From the IMG/VR virus record IMGVR_UViG_3300043449_000692, positions 1 through 64,000 of that record: a stretch of DNA of 64,000 bases; one strand, written 5' to 3'. The DNA comes from a virus. Within the stretch, counting starts at the first letter, position 1. The number at the start of each line of letters is the position of its first letter. A program made the translations under genes and the position numbers. Under the pieces are notes generated by a model, which ran no database searches, was not told where the DNA came from, and saw nothing but the letters and a program-made list of their open reading frames with translations. Below are positions 46,689-56,169 of the stretch, one piece after another.

Positions 46689-49241
46689 TCAAGCAAACAA
46701 CGACTCAAGACTATTTCTTTCTTCGGGACTCCATCCAACCGCATCGGTGATGGCGCGTAGAGGCTCAAGGAAAGTCTTTTTGAATTGAGTGTCGTAGTCA
46801 ATGTATTTCTGAAGATCGAACTCCTTCGGCATCGTCACAGGGAATCCGATCACGCCTTCGTGGATGGGATTGGGAGTCTTCAGATAGATGAACTTCATCT
46901 TCTCGCCCTCACCGATGGTGCGGTACTTCTTGCTCAAGCCCATCTTTTTTACAAGCGAGTTGTGGAGCAGGGCAGACTTTACCGCGATGGGCGTACCCTT
47001 CTTGTAGATGGTAAGCGGTGACGAGTATTCCTCCATGCCGTTCACGGATCGGGGAGAGGCGACTTCCTCCACGGGCAAGGACTTGAAGTCTCGTTCAGTC
47101 TTGCGGACAAACTCCTGAAGCGTGGCTTCGTCCTGCATCAGCACCATCTCAATGGCAGTCTTCAGAGACTTGCGGACATAGGCAGGAGTGGATGAACGCG
47201 CTGTTTCCATGCCCATGATCTTGAACTTCGGAGTCTTGTAGCGAACGCCTTCGGCATCCCACACGGACAGCATATACCGCTTCTTTGCCGTCCACACGCC
47301 CTTCTCCGCAATCACTTCGCGTCCCATTGCCATCTTGTTCGCGTAGGCATTGGTGCAGTCCGCAAGGGTGGCGAACTCCTTTTCGATCTGTGGCTGAATC
47401 ACCCGCTCACAGAACTTGTCCAAGAAGTCCACCACCCGTTGCGTATCAGCCTCGCCCTTGAAGGACGACTGCACCACCTTGCCAAGTCTCAAGTAAACAG
47501 AATCGGTGTCGGACGCAATCACATAGTCCTCGCCCTCGGTCTTCAGGACGCGATTGAGAAACTTGTTCAGAGCGTCACCGATCCACTGGATGCTCAACTG
47601 CCCCGACAGCGTGATGGCTTCGGCAAGTGCCACATCAAAGAATCTGAAGTATTGGTTGCCGATTGCGCCGTATGCGGAGTTCAACTGAATCTTTCGCACC
47701 AACTGAAAGTTGTGGTACTTGGAAATCTCGTACTCAATCTTGCGCCGCTCTTCGGCTGGCGCATTCTTGTCCAAGTCCACCAACCGCTTCTGTGCTGCGA
47801 TCATCAGCCCCTTGTAGTGCTTGCGTTCTGCGTACATCTTCTCCATGAGTTCAGGCAGGAAGCCTTGGCGGTCGCGCACGAATGCAACGCCGTTCGCTGC
47901 CACGCTCACGCCTTCCGCCTTCGCGGAGTTCAGATATTCAGCAGGGTCAATGAACTGCTTTACAGTCTCGCCGCGATTCCGTGCCAGCATGGACTCGGGA
48001 GAAATGGCTCCACGCCGCCACACGGGATTAGGATGCTTTGTCTCGGGAGAGATGTTGTACTGCATGATGAGGTGGGGATACAGCGAGTTCAAGTCAAAAC
48101 TCACCACCCAATCGTGCTTGCCTACAAGCGGATCTTTCACATACGCACCCGCGTACTGATCGTCCTTCTTGTGTTCGGTCTTCTGCGGAATCACCATACC
48201 CTTGCTCATCAGGTGGTGGTGGATGATGGCATCCCATGTACGGACTTGCGAGAACACATCCTCAAAGTTCACCCGTGCCGAATACGCCAACGCCACCGCG
48301 AGTTCCATGAGTTTCAGTTTGGATTCAAGGCGATCAACGAGCCGCACATCTTGGAAGTTATACTCCATGAACTTCTGAAAGTTCTGTGTGTAGAACTCCT
48401 GAATGGTTTCGTATTCCGCATACGACAGTTTCTCTTCGCCCAACTCCACCTTGGAAATGTGATTGAGGGAGTAGGACTCCTGCTTCACATAGGTGAAAGT
48501 CTGATACAGTTCAAAGTAGTCAAGCGTGGCAACGCCGCTGATCACATACGCGGTCTGATCGCGTCCCATGCGATTCACCACAGTCTCGCGGAGTTTGCCC
48601 CACGGCGAGAGGGAGTTTCCCCATCCTTCTTCAAGGTAGTTCATCCGCGCCACAAGGTACGGAATATCAAAGAAGCGGATGTTCCAACCTGTCACGATGT
48701 CGGGATCAAGGAACCGCCATAGTTCAATGAACCCTGCAAGCAGTTCTCGCTCGTCATCGTAAGGAATGCAGGAAACTCCCTCGCCGTCAATATGAAAGTC
48801 CCCCAAGCCTAGCACATAGGTCTTGTCGCCCATTGAGATCGTGATTGCAATGACCCGCTCGGTGGGAGCGGATGGCGTGGGAAAACCGCCGTCACACGAT
48901 GTCTCAATGTCCAAGTTGGCTATGCGGAGGCTGCTGAAGTCGTAATCGACTTCATTGGGAAACTCCTTGTAAAGGTACTGGTACACAAAGTTGGTGTTTC
49001 CGTAGATGTCGTAGTTGGAGACATCCTTGAAACGGTCAATGAACTCGCGGGCTTCCCCGATACCGTCAAACTGAATGGGCTGCACGGGCTTGCCGTTGAT
49101 CGTGGTGAACTCTCCCTCGTCCTTGGAGGGGATGTAAAGCGTGGGGCAGAACGGGATGCGGAGATGCTGTCTCTGCCCGTTCTTCCATCCACGATACAGG
49201 ATGTTCTTGCCACGAATATCAACGGAAGTGTAGAAGTCCAC
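46689..49241 (-). CDS. DNA polymerase family B (T4 gp43-like)
   Basis: DIET, FDLNSLYP, KIQLNSAYG, SDTDS, KKRY. Confidence 0.96.
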   Translation of the reverse strand: MDFYTSVDIRGKNILYRGWKNGQRQHLRIPFCPTLYIPSKDEGEFTTINGKPVQPIQFDGIGEAREFIDRFKDVSNYDIYGNTNFVYQYLYKEFPNEVDYDFSSLRIANLDIETSCDGGFPTPSAPTERVIAITISMGDKTYVLGLGDFHIDGEGVSCIPYDDERELLAGFIELWRFLDPDIVTGWNIRFFDIPYLVARMNYLEEGWGNSLSPWGKLRETVVNRMGRDQTAYVISGVATLDYFELYQTFTYVKQESYSLNHISKVELGEEKLSYAEYETIQEFYTQNFQKFMEYNFQDVRLVDRLESKLKLMELAVALAYSARVNFEDVFSQVRTWDAIIHHHLMSKGMVIPQKTEHKKDDQYAGAYVKDPLVGKHDWVVSFDLNSLYPHLIMQYNISPETKHPNPVWRRGAISPESMLARNRGETVKQFIDPAEYLNSAKAEGVSVAANGVAFVRDRQGFLPELMEKMYAERKHYKGLMIAAQKRLVDLDKNAPAEERRKIEYEISKYHNFQLVRKIQLNSAYGAIGNQYFRFFDVALAEAITLSGQLSIQWIGDALNKFLNRVLKTEGEDYVIASDTDSVYLRLGKVVQSSFKGEADTQRVVDFLDKFCERVIQPQIEKEFATLADCTNAYANKMAMGREVIAEKGVWTAKKRYMLSVWDAEGVRYKTPKFKIMGMETARSSTPAYVRKSLKTAIEMVLMQDEATLQEFVRKTERDFKSLPVEEVASPRSVNGMEEYSSPLTIYKKGTPIAVKSALLHNSLVKKMGLSKKYRTIGEGEKMKFIYLKTPNPIHEGVIGFPVTMPKEFDLQKYIDYDTQFKKTFLEPLRAITDAVGWSPEERNSLESLFA

Positions 49242-49249
49242 GATGCTCC

Positions 49250-49513
49250 TTAACGCTCAACTAGTGCAATCCAGTCCTGATGAACCATGTCACCGCCATC
49301 ATGTCCCTGACCTTGGTTCTTGGTGCGATCCCACAGAACCTTGTCTCCAACCTTGATGTCTTCCGTTATCTTATCACCGATTGCGGTAACCGTAGCCCAA
49401 ATGTACTGGGTTTTGACTACTTCATTGTAGATGATGCCTGCTTCGGTTTCCTTCTGTCCGCCAAGGTGCGACTGCACCCAAATCCATTTTCCAATTGGCT
49501 TGAACTTGCTCAT
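49250..49513 (-). CDS. groES: GroES-like co-chaperonin
   Basis: FKPIG..I.V...TEAGII...V.AIG....DIKVGDKVL. Confidence 0.7.
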   Translation of the reverse strand: MSKFKPIGKWIWVQSHLGGQKETEAGIIYNEVVKTQYIWATVTAIGDKITEDIKVGDKVLWDRTKNQGQGHDGGDMVHQDWIALVER

Positions 49514-50466
49514 TCAAATACTCCTTCTAGGGTTTGTGGAATTGATTCTTTAATACGCTCTTCCGCAATCTTCACATATTCGGGATTGAGTTCAGTCCCG
49601 ATGTAGTGCCGATTATTCTTCATTGCCACCACAGCCGTGGTTCCGCTGCCTGTGAATGGGTCAAAAACCACACCCCACTTCGGGCATCCTGCAAGCACAC
49701 ACGGCTCAATCAGGTTCTCGGGGTACACCGCAAAGTGTGCGCCCTTGTAGCCCTTGGCGTTCACCGTCCACACCGACCGCTTGTTCTTCGTGGGATTCTC
49801 TTCCCACTCCTTGCCCTGTAGCCCGTGGTGCTTTAGTTTGGGATCGGTGGTTCCGTCACGCATCTCGGAGCGGTCGCGGGTTCCCCAGTTACGAGCGGGT
49901 TCCTTGACCGCTTCGTGATCGTAGTAATACTTTGGCTTCTTGGACAGAAGGAAGATGTACTCATGCGACTTGGTGCAGCGATCTTCCACGCTCTCGGGCA
50001 TGGGGTTAGGCTTGCTCCAAATAATGTCCTGCCGCAGATACCACCCGTCCGCTTGCAGCGCAAAGGCTACGCGCCACGGAATACCGATCAAGTCCTTTGT
50101 CTTCAGCCCCTTCTGATCCTTGCGATTGGCAGGAACAAAGTCTGAAGGCATTCCACGCTGACCGCCCTGCGTCTGCGGGGGCGGGGCGCAGTTCTTTGCG
50201 CTCATGTACGAGTCACCAAGGTTCAGCCACAGCGTACCGTCATCACGCAGGATGCGGCGCACCTCGCGGAACACCTCGGTCATCTTCTGCACATAGCCCT
50301 CAACGGTGTCCTCCTGTCCGATCTCGCTGTCCCCGCCACCATAGTCGCGGAGTCCAAAGTACGGTGGGGATGTGATGCAAGTGTGGATAATGCCATCGGG
50401 CAAAGTCTTCATGCCCTCAATGCAGTCACCCGTGATGATGCGGTAGTGTGGTTGGTGGTTGGTCAT
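49510..50466 (-). CDS. DNA N4/N6 methyltransferase (beta class)
   Basis: TSPPY and DPFTGSGTT motifs. Confidence 0.92.
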   Translation of the reverse strand: MTNHQPHYRIITGDCIEGMKTLPDGIIHTCITSPPYFGLRDYGGGDSEIGQEDTVEGYVQKMTEVFREVRRILRDDGTLWLNLGDSYMSAKNCAPPPQTQGGQRGMPSDFVPANRKDQKGLKTKDLIGIPWRVAFALQADGWYLRQDIIWSKPNPMPESVEDRCTKSHEYIFLLSKKPKYYYDHEAVKEPARNWGTRDRSEMRDGTTDPKLKHHGLQGKEWEENPTKNKRSVWTVNAKGYKGAHFAVYPENLIEPCVLAGCPKWGVVFDPFTGSGTTAVVAMKNNRHYIGTELNPEYVKIAEERIKESIPQTLEGVFE

Positions 50467-50858
50467 TAGATGTCCCCGTATCCCACACCACGCTCAAAGT
50501 ACCGCTCTTCGTGCTGCTCAAATCCAAAGCACTCCCGTGCGTAGTCAAGAATGATCTGCTTGTCAAACTTGTTGCACGAATACACATCAAGCGTGATGAA
50601 GTGGGTGGGTTCAATGGAGTGAATCTGAATGCCGCTCTCAATAAGCGGAACCCAACCACTTACTCCTGCTTTTTCGGGGAACATCTCTACACCGTAAAGA
50701 GTTGGTGCATGGATCACGAAAGGCTGACTCATGCGGGTCATGCCGATCTTGTCCACCACGCGCTCAAGAAAGCGGTAGTGCAGTTCCAAGTCATCCGCTG
50801 CTCCTGCGCGGCAACGGTACATATCAAGGTAATACGAATATCCGAATGGCTTGCTCAC
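50466..50858 (-). CDS. speD: S-adenosylmethionine decarboxylase-like proenzyme
   Basis: GVSG...LIESGIQIH...LDVYSC; GTG start overlapping the upstream stop. Confidence 0.75.
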   Translation of the reverse strand: MSKPFGYSYYLDMYRCRAGAADDLELHYRFLERVVDKIGMTRMSQPFVIHAPTLYGVEMFPEKAGVSGWVPLIESGIQIHSIEPTHFITLDVYSCNKFDKQIILDYARECFGFEQHEERYFERGVGYGDI

Positions 50859-51241
50859 TTGCTCATCTCCTTTACAATCTTGTTCCAATACTTCACGGTC
50901 GCGCTACGCTTATGACCCCGTGGTCCGCCGTTGTGTATTCTCGCCAACTGCTCAATGGTCGCGTCCTTCGGAGCATACCGCGCCCAATACGCACGAATGA
51001 TCTTTTCGGCATACGCCTTGTCCATGCAGTCTTCATACTTCCCGCCGATGGACTTGTCGTGTTCCACAGCGTCCTGCCAATACTCACGCCAAATCTGATA
51101 CGGACCAATCGCCTTCCCGCCATCACCAACGAGATTCTTACCGCGATTCGACTCCACGGTGTACATGGCATCAAGCAGGGGGCGGGTATCAACGCTAGGA
51201 GGAACGAGGCAGAGAACGGTAGAGAGAATCAAACCAAACAT
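50855..51241 (-). CDS. Lysozyme (i-type/destabilase-like) with N-terminal hydrophobic segment
   Basis: VES...GD...GPYQI...YWQDA...ARIHNGGPRG. Confidence 0.78.
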   Translation of the reverse strand: MFGLILSTVLCLVPPSVDTRPLLDAMYTVESNRGKNLVGDGGKAIGPYQIWREYWQDAVEHDKSIGGKYEDCMDKAYAEKIIRAYWARYAPKDATIEQLARIHNGGPRGHKRSATVKYWNKIVKEMSK

Positions 51242-52158
51242 GGTGCGTAAGCCTTTCTGTATTCAAGCAGTGCCAAGTCCTTTGCCTTGGCTTCAATCAT
51301 CACATCGTACTCTACTGTATCCGACAGCAGAGGTATCTCCTCCCGAATGTAGTCCGAGTGGGCTTGTGGTCGCGCTCCCGCCTTGGACTCCGAATAGTGA
51401 ATCTTCGGAACTTCACAGAACCCCTGCCATGTACGGAACGCCATGTCTGTTGCCTCAAGCAGCGACTCCCGATGGCAGAAGCGGTGGTGGTGAACATCCA
51501 ACACCAACTTCACAGGGCAGTGCTTTGCCACTTGAGTGTACAGTTCCGTCATGCTCCACATCGTGGGCTTGTCATCGTTCTCAAGGGTGAGCCGCCGCTT
51601 GATGCTGTCGGGCAGTCGGGAGAACTCACGCAGGAAGCGATCAGCCGTCTTGTGCTTGTCGCCGTACACGCCGCCCATGTGGATGTTGATGGCAAACTCG
51701 TCACCGTAGCCCAAGATGTCGGGAATGAGGGAGTGCATAGCCAAAGACTTGATGCTTTTCTCCACCGTGTGGGGATCAGGCGAGGCAATGCAAGTGTACG
51801 GACCAGGATGGCACGACAGGCGCATCCCGTTTGTTTTGGCAAACCAACCCGCTTGAATCAGCGATGCGCGAATGGAGGCTTCGTGTTCAGGCAGCAGATC
51901 GGTGATCTCGTAGCCAAGCGTGGGGTGATCCATGAACGGAAACATCCCGCTGCCGATACGAAAGAACTTGATGCCGTTGGCTACATTCCATTGGAGAATG
52001 GGGAGCAGATCGGCGGCGTTCCGCGCACCGAGTTCTCCCACACGCTCCAACGAAAAGCCGTCCATCCGCAGAGTGCGGTCGGTGAACAGCCGATCCTTTG
52101 CCTTGCGCCCTTCGCACAGGGACAGGTTCTGACAGGCATAGCCAAGGTGACGAATCAT
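51229..52158 (-). CDS. uvsE: UV damage endonuclease
   Basis: LGYAC, FFRIGS, HPGPY, LENDD, LDVHHH, HSDY, MIEAKAKD. Confidence 0.92.
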   Translation of the reverse strand: MIRHLGYACQNLSLCEGRKAKDRLFTDRTLRMDGFSLERVGELGARNAADLLPILQWNVANGIKFFRIGSGMFPFMDHPTLGYEITDLLPEHEASIRASLIQAGWFAKTNGMRLSCHPGPYTCIASPDPHTVEKSIKSLAMHSLIPDILGYGDEFAINIHMGGVYGDKHKTADRFLREFSRLPDSIKRRLTLENDDKPTMWSMTELYTQVAKHCPVKLVLDVHHHRFCHRESLLEATDMAFRTWQGFCEVPKIHYSESKAGARPQAHSDYIREEIPLLSDTVEYDVMIEAKAKDLALLEYRKAYAPCLV

Positions 52159-52164
52159 GCTGCT

Positions 52165-52192
52165 AGTATACACCACGCAATATTTGTGACAA
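52165..52192 (-). promoter_or_regulatory. sigma70-like promoter, leaderless
   Basis: TTGTCA-16-TATACT-6nt-ATG(52158). Confidence 0.65.
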
Positions 52193-52196
52193 TAGG

Positions 52197-52841
52197 TTAC
52201 TTTGACTTTTCAATATTACAGTTGGCGATTTCATTTTTTAAATCGTAATAATACGAATCATCTTCACCTTCAATGACCCAACGATCACTCGCGGCTTCGC
52301 ATCGGAACACTTTATCGTCAACTTTAAAGTCTGGGTTTGTGGGAAAGGGGTTGGTGACAAAAGACATATGCTTCCAAAATATTCTATTGTTTGGCTGTAG
52401 CGTGTAGCATCCGTTATCCAACCGTATCATGTGCAGGGACTTGTACTGTGTTGGTTCATCACTGTATGGATTGCCGTACCAATCAAAAGACATCATGTAC
52501 TCGCCCCATAGTTCCTGCTTGTCTTTCAGAACTACTTTTGCTCTTGCCGCTTTCAGATACTCGTATACAACTGCTGTACAGTTCACAGAAAAACAGTCCC
52601 ACAACTGCAAGTAGTCCAAAGACATTTGCGGTGCGGTTTGCTTGTGGCACAGCATATGAATAGGAACCCTGCTGCGAACAAGCCCGTCATCTGTTAGAAC
52701 ATGGAACAGCAAAGCCCTGTCTGGATTGGACTGTGCAGCAAACACACTGACCTTCACAAATTCACCAATGTGGCTCTTGTGCTGGTACATATGCTCTTTT
52801 CTCATGTAGCAGTAGAAATGAGGTATGTTTATGTTCAGCAT
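52197..52841 (-). CDS. Conserved hypothetical protein
   Basis: LQLWDCFS...QPNNRI. Confidence 0.75.
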   Translation of the reverse strand: MLNINIPHFYCYMRKEHMYQHKSHIGEFVKVSVFAAQSNPDRALLFHVLTDDGLVRSRVPIHMLCHKQTAPQMSLDYLQLWDCFSVNCTAVVYEYLKAARAKVVLKDKQELWGEYMMSFDWYGNPYSDEPTQYKSLHMIRLDNGCYTLQPNNRIFWKHMSFVTNPFPTNPDFKVDDKVFRCEAASDRWVIEGEDDSYYYDLKNEIANCNIEKSK

Positions 52842-52849
52842 ATGGATGG

Positions 52850-53176
52850 TTACTTGCTCTGTGATTCCTTGTCCTTCAGATACGCGGCAAGCAGCACCAT
52901 GTAGTTGATAACATCCACACAGGTGTCCATGAATGATTCGTCTTTCACATTCATCTTGCCAGCGCGGACAAACGAGGACAGGCGGCTCATCTTGTCCGTG
53001 AGGCGCACCATGAAGCCCTGCTCGGTTTTACAAATTCCCATTGCCTCAACTCGGGTGAAATTGGCAAAAGGCTCAACTCCTTCATTGCCTGCGTAGTCCC
53101 GATTCTTCAGGCTCATCAGGTCGCGGGCTTCCTTCGTGATCTCTTCGTGAAACTTCAGTAGTTCATCGCGTGTCAT
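52850..53176 (-). CDS. Nucleotide-modification-associated all-alpha protein (DUF1599-like)
   Basis: KNRDYA...PFANF...VRLTDKMSRL...DESF.DT..D.INY. Confidence 0.7.
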   Translation of the reverse strand: MTRDELLKFHEEITKEARDLMSLKNRDYAGNEGVEPFANFTRVEAMGICKTEQGFMVRLTDKMSRLSSFVRAGKMNVKDESFMDTCVDVINYMVLLAAYLKDKESQSK

Positions 53177-53177
53177 A

Positions 53178-53750
53178 TTAGGCTCCTTTGTTAGCGTCCC
53201 ATGAAAACTGTCCCGTGCTGCCAAATCCGCCTTCGCGCTGCGTCTTCCGCTGCGGTGGGTGATTGATCTTCAAGAGGTCAACAGGCTGATTCCGCACCAG
53301 TTCTGCTTGGCAGATCCGCGATCCATTGGGGATGCTCACCAAGCAGTTGCTAGTAGCGGTCACCATCACCTTGAGTTCATCGGTGTAGTCCGAGTCAATC
53401 ACTCCCTCCGCGTTCGCAAGCACCAAGCCTTCCTTCAGCGCGAGTCCGCTACGGGTATGGAGGCGCACAGAGTAGCCTTCGGGGATATCCAAGATGAGTC
53501 CCGTGGGAATCAGGAACCGCCATCCCGCAGGAACATCAAGCACTCCCTGCGTGGGATAGATTTCGGTCTTCACATTCTGCGGACCGTAGGCGATCACTGG
53601 CTTGAACGCATCCCAGTCTGCTTCCGAATTCTCGCGGTCGTGATGGAAACAGGCGCAGATGTCAAAACACGCAGAGCCGTCTGTTGCGAATGCGGGAAGG
53701 GTTGCGCCTGTGTCGGGAATGCAATAGAAGCCGAGTGTGGGCTTGTCCAT
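53178..53750 (-). CDS. dut: dUTPase
   Basis: ACFDI, RSGLA, GVIDSDY, RICQ, REGGFGSTG. Confidence 0.95.
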   Translation of the reverse strand: MDKPTLGFYCIPDTGATLPAFATDGSACFDICACFHHDRENSEADWDAFKPVIAYGPQNVKTEIYPTQGVLDVPAGWRFLIPTGLILDIPEGYSVRLHTRSGLALKEGLVLANAEGVIDSDYTDELKVMVTATSNCLVSIPNGSRICQAELVRNQPVDLLKINHPPQRKTQREGGFGSTGQFSWDANKGA

Positions 53751-53772
53751 GATGAAGTCTCCTTTACGGAGG

Positions 53773-53800
53773 AGTATAGCGTATCGCTCAAAAGTGTCAA
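53773..53800 (-). promoter_or_regulatory. sigma70-like promoter
   Basis: TTGACA-16-TATACT, followed by AAGGAG SD. Confidence 0.75.
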
Positions 53801-53810
53801 GCAGTAAACA

Positions 53811-54365
53811 TCAAATGTCGAGATATTCTTTGGTGATGATCCAGTATTGCGGGTATGGATCTGCTGCGCTTAATGCACCATCCACCTCTGTAATTTCAAC
53901 AGTCATTTCATAATCACTTTCACGATCAATTATAACACCCGTCCACCTGACAGCCGCTTGATTGATACTCTCCAAACCGTAAACGGTTGTTCCGATGTTG
54001 TAGTATGTGTCGATCAGAGACTCTTCTATAACGAAGGTTGTGTCCAATCCTACTTGTATAGAGTCTTCCGATCCAACAGGCTGGTCTGCAACATTAGTCC
54101 ATACTTGAGTATTGGAGTGAACTTGCGGAAATCTGTCTATGGGCGGAAAGTACACGGAAGCCTTGCACACCGTTGTTTGCTTTTGTTTTTGAATCACTAC
54201 TCCTGAACGGCGGTCGTGTTTCAGCACATAGGTTACAGGATTTTTTCTGATCTGCACTCCGTCAGGCTTTGGTTTCACCGAGTAGGTCAACGAATCAACT
54301 ACAATCTTGCCCTCGCTTTGCTTGGGCTTGAGTGAATACTCAACAGACTTTATCTTCAGTTTCAT
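53811..54365 (-). CDS. Hypothetical protein
   Basis: 184-aa ORF coupled to upstream gene. Confidence 0.65.
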   Translation of the reverse strand: MKLKIKSVEYSLKPKQSEGKIVVDSLTYSVKPKPDGVQIRKNPVTYVLKHDRRSGVVIQKQKQTTVCKASVYFPPIDRFPQVHSNTQVWTNVADQPVGSEDSIQVGLDTTFVIEESLIDTYYNIGTTVYGLESINQAAVRWTGVIIDRESDYEMTVEITEVDGALSAADPYPQYWIITKEYLDI

Positions 54366-54784
54366 CGGGTGTTCTTTGGAGCCACCACGAACTGTCCATG
54401 CATGAGTTCTTCCGTGGTTACACCTCGGGTGATATCAAGCGAATATTTCCACGATCCTGCACGAACATAGCCCATCGTGGTGGCATCGGCGGTGATGAGA
54501 ATCCCACCAGTGAAAACTGCACCTGTCTCTCCCTTGTTCAGGAAGATTCCGCCGCTTCCGCTGATGCCAGCAGTTGAGCCAAACTCGCCTGTGGAGCCTC
54601 CGCTAGTGACTCCTGAAGTGGTGATCATCAAGTACAGTTTGCTTGAATCATTGTTTGGACGAACATGGAAACGCGCAGTGTAACCATTAAGGTCAAAAGC
54701 GTTCCCGTTCTCGTCATAGTACTCTGCATGGAAGTTCAGAGTGGAGTACTGCTGTGCGTTGATGTCGTAGTATGCTGATGCCAT
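54362..54784 (-). CDS. Virion/baseplate-type Ig-like protein
   Basis: FDLNGYTARFHVR...YSLDI....L.GQFVV.P. Confidence 0.6.
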   Translation of the reverse strand: MASAYYDINAQQYSTLNFHAEYYDENGNAFDLNGYTARFHVRPNNDSSKLYLMITTSGVTSGGSTGEFGSTAGISGSGGIFLNKGETGAVFTGGILITADATTMGYVRAGSWKYSLDITRGVTTEELMHGQFVVAPKNTR

Positions 54785-54915
54785 TACTGTGCCTTTGCTG
54801 CTGCATTACGGGCGCGATTTGCGCTCTTGACCAGTGCGGCTTCTTTTCTTGCGCGGCGAGTTTTTGCACTTGCAAATCCGCCTTTGCCTTTTCCTGATTT
54901 GCTGCTTCGTGCCAT
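54784..54915 (-). CDS. Small highly basic protein (43 aa)
   Basis: MARSSKSGKGKGGFASAKTRRARK...; GGAGG SD, TAATG coupling on both sides, late motif at 54953. Confidence 0.65.
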   Translation of the reverse strand: MARSSKSGKGKGGFASAKTRRARKEAALVKSANRARNAAAKAQ

Positions 54916-56147
54916 TACTTCCTCCGCTTCTTGAAACTGTGCTGCTTTGGAGTATTTAGCAAAGACGGAGCGGCTGTTACCTGTACAGGCTTCTGCATTT
55001 GCATCTGTGCAGCCATCTGCTGTTGGGCGGCTTCCATCTGCTGTACTTTTTCAATATACGCCCTGTGGTTGTTCTGATTGCGCTCCACCTCGCTCTGTGG
55101 GAGGCGATTCTGCTTCAGGAGTATTTCACAAGCAGCCAATCCAGACTTATAGTCATGCACATAGAACGCTGTGGCAGCGAGTTCATCCAGTGCCATCCAC
55201 TTGTACACATTCGTGTCGATGAACAGGATGTCATGCTGTGGGTACGGGATCTGGGCGGCTTCCTTCGCAAAAAGGTAAGCCGCCCGTGGTCGCCCGTTCA
55301 TCCGAAGAAAACGCGCTATGGCATGGAGAGGTTCGGCACGGCAGGGTCGGTAGTCGTAGGCATCCAAGAACTTCTGCTGAACCACTGGCCAGGCAGACTC
55401 CTTGGAGATTTCGCAGAGCGCGATGCGGAACAGAGAGTAGTAGCACTCCTCTTCCCATCCGCCCATCTCAACCCGCTTGTAGTACGCTGCAATAGCCTTG
55501 TCCCACTGCTGCGAGTCAAAGTATGACTGCGCGAGATAGAACTGATAGCGGGTGTTGTTCGGCTCCTTCTTCAGTTCTTCCTCAAGCAGGATTGCGTCCT
55601 TGGAGTATTTCTCAACTGGAGTAACACCACCGTTTCGCTCCTGACCAAGGGTACGAGCCTCAAGATAGTACTCGCCTTCAATCTTCTCTTGGTGCAGAGG
55701 CTGCTTGTCGCAGTGAGCGTATTCATGGAGAACACCCACATACTTCCAGCCGATGCCTGTCTTGAAGATTTGGTTGCGCCACCACACACAGCCTTCTCGC
55801 CCGCACTTGATGGCATAGGCATCCGCAGTCAGATTCCTGTTGTGTGGGTACTTGAAGTCGCCAACCACCTTGTCGTCTGCGTCAATCATCCAAGCGTAGT
55901 CTGCCTTGCCTGCACACAGATCAAGTGCTTCGCTGCGGTTGTGTCCGAATCCAACCCACGGACGCTCATGCAGTTCACCAGGAATGCCCTTCTCGGCAAA
56001 GTACTGCTTGATGTACTCCTGTGTTCCGTCTGTAGAGCCTGTGTCCACGATAACCCAGTAGTCGATGTTCTTCCAAATAGAATCAAAGCACTCATGCAGA
56101 ATCTTGGTTTCGTTCTTGACGATCATTGAGAGACATACTGTAGCCAT
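54915..56147 (-). CDS. Glycosyltransferase family 2 with TPR repeats
   Basis: LSMIVKNE, DTGSTDGT, IDADD, GVLHEY; TPR C-half. Confidence 0.9.
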   Translation of the reverse strand: MATVCLSMIVKNETKILHECFDSIWKNIDYWVIVDTGSTDGTQEYIKQYFAEKGIPGELHERPWVGFGHNRSEALDLCAGKADYAWMIDADDKVVGDFKYPHNRNLTADAYAIKCGREGCVWWRNQIFKTGIGWKYVGVLHEYAHCDKQPLHQEKIEGEYYLEARTLGQERNGGVTPVEKYSKDAILLEEELKKEPNNTRYQFYLAQSYFDSQQWDKAIAAYYKRVEMGGWEEECYYSLFRIALCEISKESAWPVVQQKFLDAYDYRPCRAEPLHAIARFLRMNGRPRAAYLFAKEAAQIPYPQHDILFIDTNVYKWMALDELAATAFYVHDYKSGLAACEILLKQNRLPQSEVERNQNNHRAYIEKVQQMEAAQQQMAAQMQMQKPVQVTAAPSLLNTPKQHSFKKRRK

Positions 56148-56169
56148 GTTCACGGTTCTCCTTGTACGG

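Noticed and set aside
43800-52248. Long plus-strand ORFs opposite helicase, uvsX, polymerase and uvsE
   Set aside because: Same antisense-shadow artefact; the minus-strand genes have clear family motifs
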